From IMG/VR virus record IMGVR_UViG_3300008050_007409: DNA of 64,000 bases; one strand, given 5' to 3'. Origin of the DNA: a virus. The notes beneath the pieces are model-generated. The model made no database searches. It was not told the DNA's origin and worked only from the letters and a program-made list of their open reading frames with translations. The position numbers were made by a program, and so were the translations under genes. Positions within the stretch are counted from its first letter, which is position 1. The number at the start of each line of letters is the position of its first letter. Positions 1-8,069 of the stretch are shown here, in pieces.

Positions 1-4
1 CAAG

Positions 5-205
5 GTGGGCGGAGACACCCCGGCGGTGATCTACGCCTGCGACTGGAAGTCAGCGGCGGAGATGGCCAGCAAGAAGGCCCTGCGCCACCCCTTCTCGTCG
101 GTCACCATCGAGAGGGTCGGGAACGACGAGAAGTGGGAGGAGCAGTACATCATCCAGCCCAAGTTCGGGCGGATCATCGAGAAGGCCGACTTCGAGGCCG
201 CGTAG
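5..205 (+). CDS. hypothetical protein (probably 5'-truncated by window edge)
   Basis: ORF with phage-typical GC3-rich codons; followed by hairpins and the TCGCCYGTAGA motif. Confidence 0.6.
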   Translation: MGGDTPAVIYACDWKSAAEMASKKALRHPFSSVTIERVGNDEKWEEQYIIQPKFGRIIEKADFEAA

Positions 206-273
206 CTCTCCAGAGCGACTGACCCCCGCCGAAGGAGCGGGGCGAGGGAGGCCTTCGTGCCTTCGCCCGTAGA

Positions 274-304
274 GTGAAATTCACCTTTCTGATCCCCCAT
301 AAGC
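274..304 (+). promoter_or_regulatory. repeated promoter motif GTGAAA-N18-CATAAGC (copy 1)
   Basis: GTGAAA 274-279 and CATAAG 298-303; same spacing at 900 and 30952. Confidence 0.7.
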
Positions 305-313
305 AGGTGACAA

Positions 314-584
314 GGAAGGTGCCTGGGCCTGCGAGAGCAGGTTGGACCGGGGGACCTGACGAACCGTGGAGTTCAGAGGCAAGCGTCGCAACAACGCACG
401 ACCTCTATCCCACCTGCACGCGACCGACGAACGTGTAGATCACGGACGACGACTATCAGACCGATCCACGTGGCGGCCTGATAGTGGCACTTGATCTACA
501 GCGGGAAGACTGCGATGCGGGATGTCCAGAGGAGGGGCATCCACGGTGAGCTGGTCAGGGGTTCGACTCCCCTGCCTTCCTCCA
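314..584 (+). ncRNA. tRNA-ended structured RNA (tmRNA-like or intron-containing tRNA-like)
   Basis: 5' GGAAGGT pairs with 3' GCCTTCC followed by T-CCA; T arm AGGGG-TTCGACT-CCCCT (557-573); long-range helices 363-370/540-547 and 434-442/492-500; starts ~10 nt after the promoter motif. Confidence 0.7.
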
Positions 585-603
585 TCTACCAAAGGAGAGA
601 TCC

Positions 604-831
604 ATGCCATACATGGGCGAGAAGAAGTCGGGTGAAGAGGCCCGCCAGGAGCTCCGCCGCCAGAGCGGGTGGCTGAAGCTGACTGAGGAGAAGCTCGATG
701 ACCTGGTCGAGCGTGTCGAGGAGATCAAGTGGGAGCACAGCTCCTTCAGCGACCCCGGTGCTGACTGGAACAAGCTGCACCTGACCCTGAAGGACGGGTC
801 GAAGAAGGTGCTGCGCCAGGAAGGCTACTGA
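604..831 (+). CDS. hypothetical protein
   Basis: AAGGAG RBS upstream, clean ORF, typical codon usage. Confidence 0.75.
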   Translation: MPYMGEKKSGEEARQELRRQSGWLKLTEEKLDDLVERVEEIKWEHSSFSDPGADWNKLHLTLKDGSKKVLRQEGY

Positions 832-899
832 TGTCCTGAGAGAGGACACCGCGCCCGGGTTGGGCCGTCCAGGAGAACGCATCTCCTTTCGCCTGTAGA

Positions 900-930
900 G
901 TGAAATCAGGGTTGTGGATCCCCCATAAGC
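900..930 (+). promoter_or_regulatory. repeated promoter motif (copy 2)
   Basis: GTGAAA 900-905, CATAAG 924-929. Confidence 0.7.
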
Positions 931-957
931 TGTTGGATCCAAAACAGGAGGGAATCC

Positions 958-1470
958 ATGAAGTGCAAGATCTTCCACGGGAATCCGGGGAACGTCGAGT
1001 CCAAGATCAACGAGTGGCTGAAGGAGAGCAGCTGCACCATCTCGCACCGGGAGATGGTGCAGCTGCTCTCCGAGGTGGTGATAGAGCGCCCCGGCGGACT
1101 CCGTGAAGGGGCTGGTCTCGATCTCACGGGGGGTTCAGACCAAGGCCAGGATGCGCGGCGGGTGTTGGTGCCCGTCGTGGCCGTGACCGTCTGGTACGAG
1201 GAGCTCCCTCCCACACAGGTGGAGGCTCAGCATCGTAGGGAGCAGGGCGACCTGATCAAGAAGGCCCTGGGAGTCCGCGTCGACGAGTTCGACCTGTCGG
1301 TGCGCTCGGCCAGCTGCCTGCAGAACGCTGGCATCGAGTACATCTGGCAGCTCGTCGAGAAGACCGAGGCCGAGATGTATAGGACCAAGAAATTCGGCCG
1401 CAAGTCGATCAACGAGCTCAAGGAGCATCTCAAGGAGTACGGCCTCTCCCTGGGCATGTCCCGTCCGTGA
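958..1470 (+). CDS. RNA polymerase alpha C-terminal-domain (alpha-CTD) protein fused to a small N-terminal domain
   Basis: C-terminus [58 protein letters not shown] matches the RpoA CTD; no alpha-NTD; AGGAGG RBS. Confidence 0.9.
   Translation: MKCKIFHGNPGNVESKINEWLKESSCTISHREMVQLLSEVVIERPGGLREGAGLDLTGGSDQGQDARRVLVPVVAVTVWYEELPPTQVEAQHRREQGDLIKKALGVRVDEFDLSVRSASCLQNAGIEYIWQLVEKTEAEMYRTKKFGRKSINELKEHLKEYGLSLGMSRP
1062..1153. repeat. 92-nt inverted repeat, copy A (partner 30796-30887)
   Basis: Reverse complement of 30796-30887: 60/63 identical, then a 13-nt unmatched block, then 16/16 identical. Confidence 0.95.
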
Positions 1471-1516
1471 AGACCCGCCTGGTGCGGGCCAGGCCTACCG
1501 GCCTGTCTGTCGCCTG

Positions 1517-1546
1517 TAGAAACAGTCCTCCATATCCCCCATAAGC
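1517..1546 (+). promoter_or_regulatory. repeated promoter motif (copy 3)
   Basis: TAGAAA...CCCCCATAAGC upstream of AAGGAGG-ATG at 1569. Confidence 0.6.
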
Positions 1547-1568
1547 AGATGATCCAAGGAGGATTCAT

Positions 1569-1782
1569 ATGAGCAAGCTGAGGCTGAACATCAGCTACAC
1601 CACGGGAGGCGTCTGGAGTCGATCACGTTCCTGAGGCATTCGTACCGCTGCAAGGGGCTGACTTGGCCTTCTTCCATGAAGGAAGTCAGATCGTTCTGGA
1701 CGGGGAGGCCATGCGCATCACCCATTTCGACTACGTCGAAGCGGACTACACGCTCGTCTCCATCCAAGTCCACAAATCTTGA
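1569..1782 (+). pseudogene. frameshifted small gene
   Basis: Strong RBS and ATG at 1569; frame closes after 21 codons while the +1 frame stays open (EASGVDHVPEAF...IQVHKS) to TGA 1782. Confidence 0.5.
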
Positions 1783-1856
1783 TCCAAAGGAGTCGTCGGG
1801 AGTTCCGGGTCAGCCGGTTCTGCCAGGTGCAGCAAGACGCGTTCTTCGGAGGCTGA

Positions 1857-2330
1857 TCACTTCTTCGAGCTCCCGTAGCGTCGGCGGACGTTGTCGATCT
1901 CGCGCTGCTCCTCGAGAGTGGCCTTGGTCGCCATCGCTCCGCCGGCGCCGCCCGTGCCGATGATCTTCTTCATCGCTTCTTCGCGTTCGGACTTCTCGTT
2001 GATCCGGGTGACGCGGTAGACCTTCTTGACCTCCTTCGCCAGCATCTTCTTCGCCTGCTGCTCGAAGGTGTCGACGCTCCCGCCCTTCTCGATCCCAGGG
2101 AAGAGGAGTCCCGTGTAGTCGTCGGCGAGGCCCTTGAGCAGATCCTGGTTGTGCTCGTTGACCCCAGAGGCCGCTGCGATCTGCACACGGATCAACTGCA
2201 GCCTCATCCGCCTGGCGTGCACCAAGTAGATCAGACGGAGCTGCAGGCCCGTGAGGTTGCGGCGACCCTTCAGCTGATCGTAGAGGAGATCAGCCCGGAT
2301 GACGTCGATGGGCCGCCTTAGGAGTTTCCC
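1857..2330 (-). CDS. tail assembly chaperone, frameshift extension (gpT-like part)
   Basis: -1 frame is open from the slippery G GGA AAC site into the 1857..2225 ORF. Confidence 0.75.
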   Translation of the reverse strand, partial: GKLLRRPIDVIRADLLYDQLKGRRNLTGLQLRLIYLVHARRMRLQLIRVQIAAASGVNEHNQDLLKGLADDYTGLLFPGIEKGGSVDTFEQQAKKMLAKEVKKVYRVTRINEKSEREEAMKKIIGTGGAGGAMATKATLEEQREIDNVRRRYGSSKK

Positions 2331-3220
2331 ACCTTCTCCGTCAGATCACCCACGACCACCTTGCGCACCCGGCCGGAGAACCACGCCATGTTGGCGATCA
2401 GCAGATCCGTGATCTCCGTGGGGAGCTTGTGGATCCGCTTGATCCGAGGCTTCATGGCCTCCCAGAACTTCTCGACCAGGGCCTCCTCGTCGAAGGCGTT
2501 GAGGTCGGTGCCAATCTCCTTGCCGTTGAACTCCTGCACGCAGACGGCGAGCTGGAGCAGGGAGAACCAGTGCCGCCCGTACTGCTCGCTCATCTTGGAC
2601 GCCTCGTGCAGCCGCCTCTCGATCCACAGGGCGTGCTGCGTGGAGACGGTACGGAGGGTGACCACCATGCCCTTGCGCATGGGGACCTTCTGCTCGGCGA
2701 ACCCGTCGAAGATCATCTGGGCGAAGTCGATCTCCTCTTCGATCTCCTCTTCGATCCGCTTCCGCAGATCAGCGTCGAAGATGTACTGGTAGGTGGGATC
2801 ATCCGGCTGGGTCATGAAGCCGCGCAACGCCGCCTGGGCAGCATCGGCCTCCTCGCTGTCGATCTTCGCCTTCTCAGCCTGATCGAGCTGCGCCTCCAGC
2901 TCCAGGAGATCAGCGTGGTTGGTCGCCCGGAGATCGGAGACCACCTTCTTCTCCTCCACCCCGATGAGGATCAGACCGTCCTGCCACCCCTGCCAGATCC
3001 GCTCCCTACGCGAGGCGAGCGCAGCGTCTCTCTCCGCAGCTTCCTCCGCTGCCTTCCTCGCTGCCTCTGGATCTGCTGCGTGCTGGGCGGCTTGCTGAGG
3101 ATCACGGGCCCCATGCACTGCCTGATTCTGCGGAAGTCCTGCTCCTACGCCCCCAATGGGCTGCTGTGCCTTGCTGGCGAGGGAGGATCGGACGGGAGGG
3201 CGGTCGGACTCGCGGGACAT
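2318..3220 (-). CDS. tail assembly chaperone (gpG-like)
   Basis: Ends ...EKVGNS* with a G GGA AAC heptamer just before the stop, the lambda G/GT arrangement. Confidence 0.7.
   Translation of the reverse strand: MSRESDRPPVRSSLASKAQQPIGGVGAGLPQNQAVHGARDPQQAAQHAADPEAARKAAEEAAERDAALASRRERIWQGWQDGLILIGVEEKKVVSDLRATNHADLLELEAQLDQAEKAKIDSEEADAAQAALRGFMTQPDDPTYQYIFDADLRKRIEEEIEEEIDFAQMIFDGFAEQKVPMRKGMVVTLRTVSTQHALWIERRLHEASKMSEQYGRHWFSLLQLAVCVQEFNGKEIGTDLNAFDEEALVEKFWEAMKPRIKRIHKLPTEITDLLIANMAWFSGRVRKVVVGDLTEKVGNS
2324..2330 (-). other. -1 programmed ribosomal frameshift site GGGAAAC
   Basis: X XXY YYZ heptamer in the correct frame; long open -1 frame follows. Confidence 0.8.
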
Positions 3221-3336
3221 GGCGTGTCGCTCCTAAGTGCTTGAGGAGGGGACCATAACACGTCTGGCGGGATAGACCCGACGTTCGGTTCTGTTCTACG
3301 TTATGCGGATTGTCACTTCTGTAGTTGACAAACAGA

Positions 3337-3367
3337 TCGAAGTCCTTCCCTCTGATCTCCTATAAGC
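3337..3367 (+). promoter_or_regulatory. degenerate copy of repeated promoter (TCGAAG-N18-TATAAGC)
   Basis: Same spacing as other copies; upstream of ATG 3413. Confidence 0.45.
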
Positions 3368-3412
3368 CAGTGACCAGGAGACTCCCTCCTGTGTCAATCT
3401 CTGGAGAGACCC

Positions 3413-3782
3413 ATGATCACCATCGAGGACGTCACGGACATCAAGCCCGACGACGTCAGCATCGAGTCCACCTTCACCGCGACCCACCGGGTCAACGTGA
3501 GCGGGCGGCTCATCCGCTCCAACGCCAGCAACGGGAACGACCCGTTGCTGGGGTGACCAGCCCGTCTGCGTCATCCGCGTCCGGGGCATCAAGTTCCAGG
3601 GCGAGGTGCAGCTGGTCCACGGCGGGGAGCCCTTGACCGGCGACGGTCGTGAGGCTCCCACCGCCGTCTGGATCGAGACGGACAAGGAGCCCCTGGTCCA
3701 GCACGTCGAGCGCGACGGTCCCTGGGTGTTGCTCAGCACCCTGCCCGAGGTCTGCTGGCGTCGCGAAGAGCTGGGCTGCTGA
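3413..3782 (+). pseudogene. frameshifted phage protein (..VNV..IRSNA.NG.DP / ..AVWIET type)
   Basis: N-terminal half stops at DPLLG*; C-terminal half (VRGIKFQGEVQLVHGGEPL...AVWIETD) lies in another frame; together they resemble a common small phage protein. Confidence 0.55.
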
Positions 3783-3945
3783 GGTGTCGCCGACCAGGGA
3801 GTAGTTCCCTGCCTCCACCCCGCCGCTCGAGGTGGGGGCGCCTTTCGGGGCGTGTCTTCGCCTGCGGATCCTGTATAAGATCACGACCCCAACACACTAC
3901 CCTGGAGGACTGAGTGGAAGAAGATCAGAAGTTGGGAGAGCGGCG

Positions 3946-4566
3946 ATGAGTCTGCTTGAGCTGTTCGCAGAAGCTGACCGTGCCATGGAGGTCCTTCATG
4001 ACCTCGTGGAGAAGGACGGTCACCACATCCCCTGCGAGTCCTGCGAGACTCCGCACTGCTGCAAGTTCATGGTCAACGTCTGGCCGCAGGAGGCAGAGCT
4101 GATCGCCGACACCGTGCGCAGCTGGCCCAAGAAGGGACGCGAGCGGATCGAGCGCAAGCTGGTGAAGTGGCTGCGTGCCTGGCGCACGGCCCCGGCCGAC
4201 GTCCGACACAGCGACGCGAAGTGGTTCCTGCGCAAGCGGAACTGCCCCTTCCTGGATCACGGGCACTGCTCGATCTACGAAGTGCGCCCGTCTGGCTGCC
4301 GCTACCACTACGTCGCAGATCAGGAGCCTGAGCGCTGCGGCAACGAGATGAACAAGGACTCGTTCCTCAACGCCGAGCCGATCCACATGATGGTGGCCAC
4401 CCCGCTCAACCCGCAGTACCACGGACCTCTGGCCCTTCTCGTGTGCAGCGAGCTGGGCCTCGAAGAGGTCACGCAGTCCGAGATCCTCACCACCTTCTCC
4501 GCAGTGACTCTCGCGAGCCTGATGGAGATGGCCCCGACCCCGATTCCCCCGAAGGAGAGCACGTGA
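3946..4566 (+). CDS. YkgJ-family (CxxCxxxCC) cysteine-cluster protein
   Basis: PCESCETPHCC ... CPFLDHGHCSIYEVRPSGCRYH motifs. Confidence 0.85.
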   Translation: MSLLELFAEADRAMEVLHDLVEKDGHHIPCESCETPHCCKFMVNVWPQEAELIADTVRSWPKKGRERIERKLVKWLRAWRTAPADVRHSDAKWFLRKRNCPFLDHGHCSIYEVRPSGCRYHYVADQEPERCGNEMNKDSFLNAEPIHMMVATPLNPQYHGPLALLVCSELGLEEVTQSEILTTFSAVTLASLMEMAPTPIPPKEST

Positions 4567-5087
4567 AGCTCCGCACCTACCGAGACCGCATCGTCATCGA
4601 AGTCCCCACCAAGAAGGCGCTCATCAACAAGAGCGACCTGGTGGACCAGATCATCGACAACCTGCTCGACGGCGAGAAGGGCAGCCTGGCCCTCGACCTG
4701 AGCAGCGTCGACCCCAGCACCGCCGAGCGCAAGATGGGCGACCTCGTCCTGCCCTCGGACCGCAGCACCGTGGAGAAGACCTACGAGCTCCGCGAAGCCT
4801 GGATCAAGAAGGAGCTCCGCGGCTGGCTCACCCTGCAGGAGAAGGAGGTCCTCGCCGTCCTTCTCGCCTACTCCAACGGCATCGAGGAGGTCGTGCGCGG
4901 CCTCGGCCAGAAGGTGGGTGAGGCGCACTCCGCCTTCCACCCCCAGAAGGTGCAGCTGGAGATGATCGAGGAGATGAACGACCTCGAGCCCGGGCAGGGC
5001 CACCGCAGCCTGATGGCCGGCAAGAAGATGAAGCCGGACGAGGAGATGCCCAAGCTCAAGATCCAGCCGCCCATCGCGGAAGCGTGA
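4563..5087 (+). CDS. hypothetical protein
   Basis: GTGA overlap with previous stop; AAGGAG RBS. Confidence 0.75.
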   Translation: MKLRTYRDRIVIEVPTKKALINKSDLVDQIIDNLLDGEKGSLALDLSSVDPSTAERKMGDLVLPSDRSTVEKTYELREAWIKKELRGWLTLQEKEVLAVLLAYSNGIEEVVRGLGQKVGEAHSAFHPQKVQLEMIEEMNDLEPGQGHRSLMAGKKMKPDEEMPKLKIQPPIAEA

Positions 5088-5467
5088 TGAAGCACCAGAT
5101 CACGACTGACGGAAAGACAGTCTGGATCAACAGCCCTGAGGTGTGCCTGGGACGCTTCAGTCCCCAGGGCATCGACGTGCACAGAACTGCAGAACAGCAG
5201 ATCGAGTCCGGTATCTCCTGCTTGGCGTGCACGCCGGAGCCCGACTGGGACTCCTTCGTCGCCTCGATGAAGGAGTCCCACGACATCACCGTCGAGGTGA
5301 ACTACCGCCCCCTGTGGAGCTGGGACCCCGGCCGCTGGGCACGCGCCATGATCCTCGCCCACGGCCGTCGAGCTCTGCGTAAGGAGCTGGAGCGCCTGGC
5401 CTCCGCCGGCCTGAACCCCTGGGGCGACAAGATCCACTACGCCTGGGGCGCTCTGCGTGTCACCTGA
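5084..5467 (+). CDS. hypothetical protein
   Basis: Coupled ORF in operon. Confidence 0.7.
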   Translation: MMKHQITTDGKTVWINSPEVCLGRFSPQGIDVHRTAEQQIESGISCLACTPEPDWDSFVASMKESHDITVEVNYRPLWSWDPGRWARAMILAHGRRALRKELERLASAGLNPWGDKIHYAWGALRVT

Positions 5468-5714
5468 GCGAGAGGCACAGCTCCTCAAGATCGAGGAGGA
5501 GGCCCGAGGTCTCGCAGCCTGGTGTCGTGAGTTCGTGCACGTCGTCGACGACAGCTCGAACCACAGCATCAAGTCGGACTTCTTCGAGTTCCTCGGCGAC
5601 CTCGAGGGAGCGCTGAAGCCTCTGCCGTCTCAGAAGATCACGAAAGCTCCGAAGTGCAAGGTCTGCACCTACGCCAACTCGCCCACCTGCAACATCTGCG
5701 GATGGACGCTGTGA
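5457..5714 (+). CDS. hypothetical protein with C-terminal zinc ribbon
   Basis: CKVC...CNICG. Confidence 0.65.
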   Translation: MSPEREAQLLKIEEEARGLAAWCREFVHVVDDSSNHSIKSDFFEFLGDLEGALKPLPSQKITKAPKCKVCTYANSPTCNICGWTL

Positions 5715-5920
5715 GCCCCGCGGAGTGCATGGCCAAGGCCCAGGACCTCAAGGAGAAGTGGGACAACGGCAACCGGAAGGACGTGGTCAGGGAGCTGGCC
5801 AGGTCGGAGCGCGACGTGGTCTTCTCCTTCACGATGCTCCTCGAGGGGCTCACGGATCGCGCGACCTTCGCCGTCCTGGCGTTGGGCTACACACCTGGGC
5901 TCGGAGAGGGCTGGCGATGA
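5711..5920 (+). CDS. hypothetical protein
   Basis: GTGA-coupled short ORF. Confidence 0.55.
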   Translation: MSPAECMAKAQDLKEKWDNGNRKDVVRELARSERDVVFSFTMLLEGLTDRATFAVLALGYTPGLGEGWR

Positions 5921-6255
5921 GGATCGTGATCGTAGAGGACGAGCGGAACCTGGCTCGCGCCATCGAACGCTGCCTCGTCCGAGAGGGTCACGTCATCGTG
6001 GCCACGGCCGAGACCTACGAGGAAGCCGTCGAGAGGATCAACACCCACAAGCCGGAGATTGTGATCACCGACTACCACTTCCCAGGCGGGACTGGCTTGC
6101 AGGTGATGGATCAAGCACTACTGACTGGGGCGAAGGTGATCGGCATGACCGCGGACCCTCATGGACATCAAACCATGCTGGAGTACCTGAGCTACTTCGA
6201 GAAGGTGCTGGCCAAGCCCTTCGACATGAGCGAGTTGATCGAGGCCTTGCAGTGA
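5917..6255 (+). CDS. single-domain response regulator receiver (CheY-like)
   Basis: IVIVEDE, VITDYHFPGGTG (phospho-Asp), GMTA, LAKPF motifs. Confidence 0.9.
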   Translation: MRIVIVEDERNLARAIERCLVREGHVIVATAETYEEAVERINTHKPEIVITDYHFPGGTGLQVMDQALLTGAKVIGMTADPHGHQTMLEYLSYFEKVLAKPFDMSELIEALQ

Positions 6256-7088
6256 TCATCAGGGTCGGCCTGCCGAAGACCACCGGGGCCTTCCCCGGTG
6301 CGCTCTTCGAGCTCGACAAGCCGGGGCTCGTCAGCGCCAACGGCTTGTGGGTGCAGAAGACCGAGCGCTTCAGGGAGCCGGGCTTCGCCGTCTGCGACAT
6401 CGACTTGGCGCTCGACAGCGCTGGCTACGTCGTGATGAAGAAGTGGGGCGGCGAGTACCCCTGGACCATCCAGCAGTACGTGGAGCTCGCGGGGCTCTGG
6501 GGCTGGACCTGGTGGGCCAGCATGGACTTCTGCTGCGAGCCCGCCGTCGCCATCGGACAGGACCAGATCGATCACCGGGTGTGGCTCACGGCCATGCACC
6601 TCACGGCGATCAACTTCCAGGTGCGTGTCTGGCGAGACGCCGGCGCCTTCTGGCTCCAGTACCCTCTGCCCATCCTGCAAGGCTGGAAGCCGGACGACTA
6701 CCTCCGCTCCGTCGAGCTGACCTACGGGTCCATGGGCGGATTCCCTGATCTTGTTGGTCTTGGATCTGTCTGCGGCCGGCATCTGCACGGCCCGGACGGC
6801 TTCGAGGCCATCCTCAACGCTGTGGACCGGGAGCTGCCCGCCCACACCAAGCTCCACCTCTTCGGTGTGAAGGGCGCGATCCTCAAGAGGTTCCGTGATC
6901 ACCCCCGCATCGGGTCGATGGACTCCATCGCCTGGGACTTCCGAGCCCGCAAGCTGGCCAACGAGAGGCGAGCGGTGCAGGAGGAGTCCCTGGGCTGGAG
7001 GCCGACGAAGACCGACAAGGAGTGGATCCCCTGCAACAACGAGCTGCGCATCGAGGCCATGCGCCTCTGGACGGAGAAGCAGACTTGA
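6252..7088 (+). CDS. DpdA / queuine-tRNA-ribosyltransferase-like transglycosylase
   Basis: LDSAGY, ASMDFCCEP, PILQG, VGLGSVC, LHLFGVKG, SMDSIAW motifs of the TGT/DpdA fold. Confidence 0.75.
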   Translation: MIIRVGLPKTTGAFPGALFELDKPGLVSANGLWVQKTERFREPGFAVCDIDLALDSAGYVVMKKWGGEYPWTIQQYVELAGLWGWTWWASMDFCCEPAVAIGQDQIDHRVWLTAMHLTAINFQVRVWRDAGAFWLQYPLPILQGWKPDDYLRSVELTYGSMGGFPDLVGLGSVCGRHLHGPDGFEAILNAVDRELPAHTKLHLFGVKGAILKRFRDHPRIGSMDSIAWDFRARKLANERRAVQEESLGWRPTKTDKEWIPCNNELRIEAMRLWTEKQT

Positions 7089-7360
7089 AGTCGATCTGGA
7101 AGAAGCTCAAGGCGCTGTACGAACGCCTCCTGACCCTGAACGAGACCATCCTGGAGACGGAGCTCCGACGCGTGAAGCGATCGCGAGCTCGCCACAAGAA
7201 GCTCCTCGACGACATCGGAGGAGCCTGGTCTGAGGCAGGGGCACCCTGCTGCCCCAACTGCTACTCCGCAGGGGAGTACGGACGGCTCGCAGGCAAGGTC
7301 CAGCGACTGGATCAACACATCGAAGAACTCACCCTCAAGGTGGAGAAGCACAACCCATGA
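7085..7360 (+). CDS. hypothetical coiled-coil protein
   Basis: Coupled ORF; heptad pattern and CPNC. Confidence 0.55.
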   Translation: MKSIWKKLKALYERLLTLNETILETELRRVKRSRARHKKLLDDIGGAWSEAGAPCCPNCYSAGEYGRLAGKVQRLDQHIEELTLKVEKHNP

Positions 7361-7629
7361 GCACAATGCGAGACGCGATCGGAGAGATGATCTTCGGCTG
7401 CGGCATGTTCCGCCCAGACGTCGAGAAGGTCATGGACCTGGTCGTGGCGGACGAGAAGAACCTGTTCCCCAAGGCCCTCCGTTGGTCCGATCCGGCGGGC
7501 GGGTACCCTCCTGGACTCGGAGACGCCCTCTTCCTCAGCGCCAAGGTCTACGCCCTGGAGTACATCGACGAGCACCAGCCTGAGGCGTGGTACCGAAGTC
7601 TGTTCGTCCCTCCCGGAGCGGCCGCATGA
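7357..7629 (+). CDS. hypothetical protein
   Basis: ATGA-coupled ORF. Confidence 0.7.
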   Translation: MSTMRDAIGEMIFGCGMFRPDVEKVMDLVVADEKNLFPKALRWSDPAGGYPPGLGDALFLSAKVYALEYIDEHQPEAWYRSLFVPPGAAA

Positions 7630-8069
7630 CCAGGACCGAGATGCTCAAGTCCTTCGTCGACCACGTCGCGGGCCAGGACGCCTGCGCCCTGCCGGTCGAC
7701 GAAGAGATCCTCGACGAGCTCATCGAAGAGTGGCTCGAAGCCCACCCAGAAGTAGGGACGGTGACCGGGAGGATGCGGACCTCCAAGCCCAACCAGGCGA
7801 ACAAGCCCAAGCCTCGCTGGGGTGGAGGCAAGGCGGCCGCACCCAGGAAGAAGAAGGCGTCCGACTCCCCCTGGAAGGCCTTCATCGAGGCGTGCACGGA
7901 GGCCCTCGATGACATCGAGGATCTGCCTGACAAGCTCAACGACCGAGGCTCCTGGTACGAGAAGGTGGACAGCATGAGGACCTGGTCCGAGGAGCACGAG
8001 CACGTCACCGAGACGATGACCGAGTCGCTCGACCGCATCCTCGAGGGGGTGTCCAAATGGTCACGCTGA
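7626..8069 (+). CDS. hypothetical protein
   Basis: ATGA-coupled ORF. Confidence 0.7.
   Translation: MTRTEMLKSFVDHVAGQDACALPVDEEILDELIEEWLEAHPEVGTVTGRMRTSKPNQANKPKPRWGGGKAAAPRKKKASDSPWKAFIEACTEALDDIEDLPDKLNDRGSWYEKVDSMRTWSEEHEHVTETMTESLDRILEGVSKWSR

Noticed and set aside
314-584. Ordinary tRNA or tRNA-Sec (GGAAG start, GGTTCGACTCC)
   Set aside because: No anticodon arm at the canonical distance, and ~200 nt of extra structure. Reported as an atypical ncRNA instead.
1062-1153. Diversity-generating retroelement TR/VR pair
   Set aside because: Mismatches are not adenine-specific, and no reverse transcriptase is visible in the window.
263-1546. CRISPR array or integron attC array from the recurring GCCYGTAGA...CCCCCATAAGC blocks
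   Set aside because: Copies are ~620 nt apart with variable interiors and whole genes between them; no cas or integrase gene in the window. Better explained as end-signal plus promoter.
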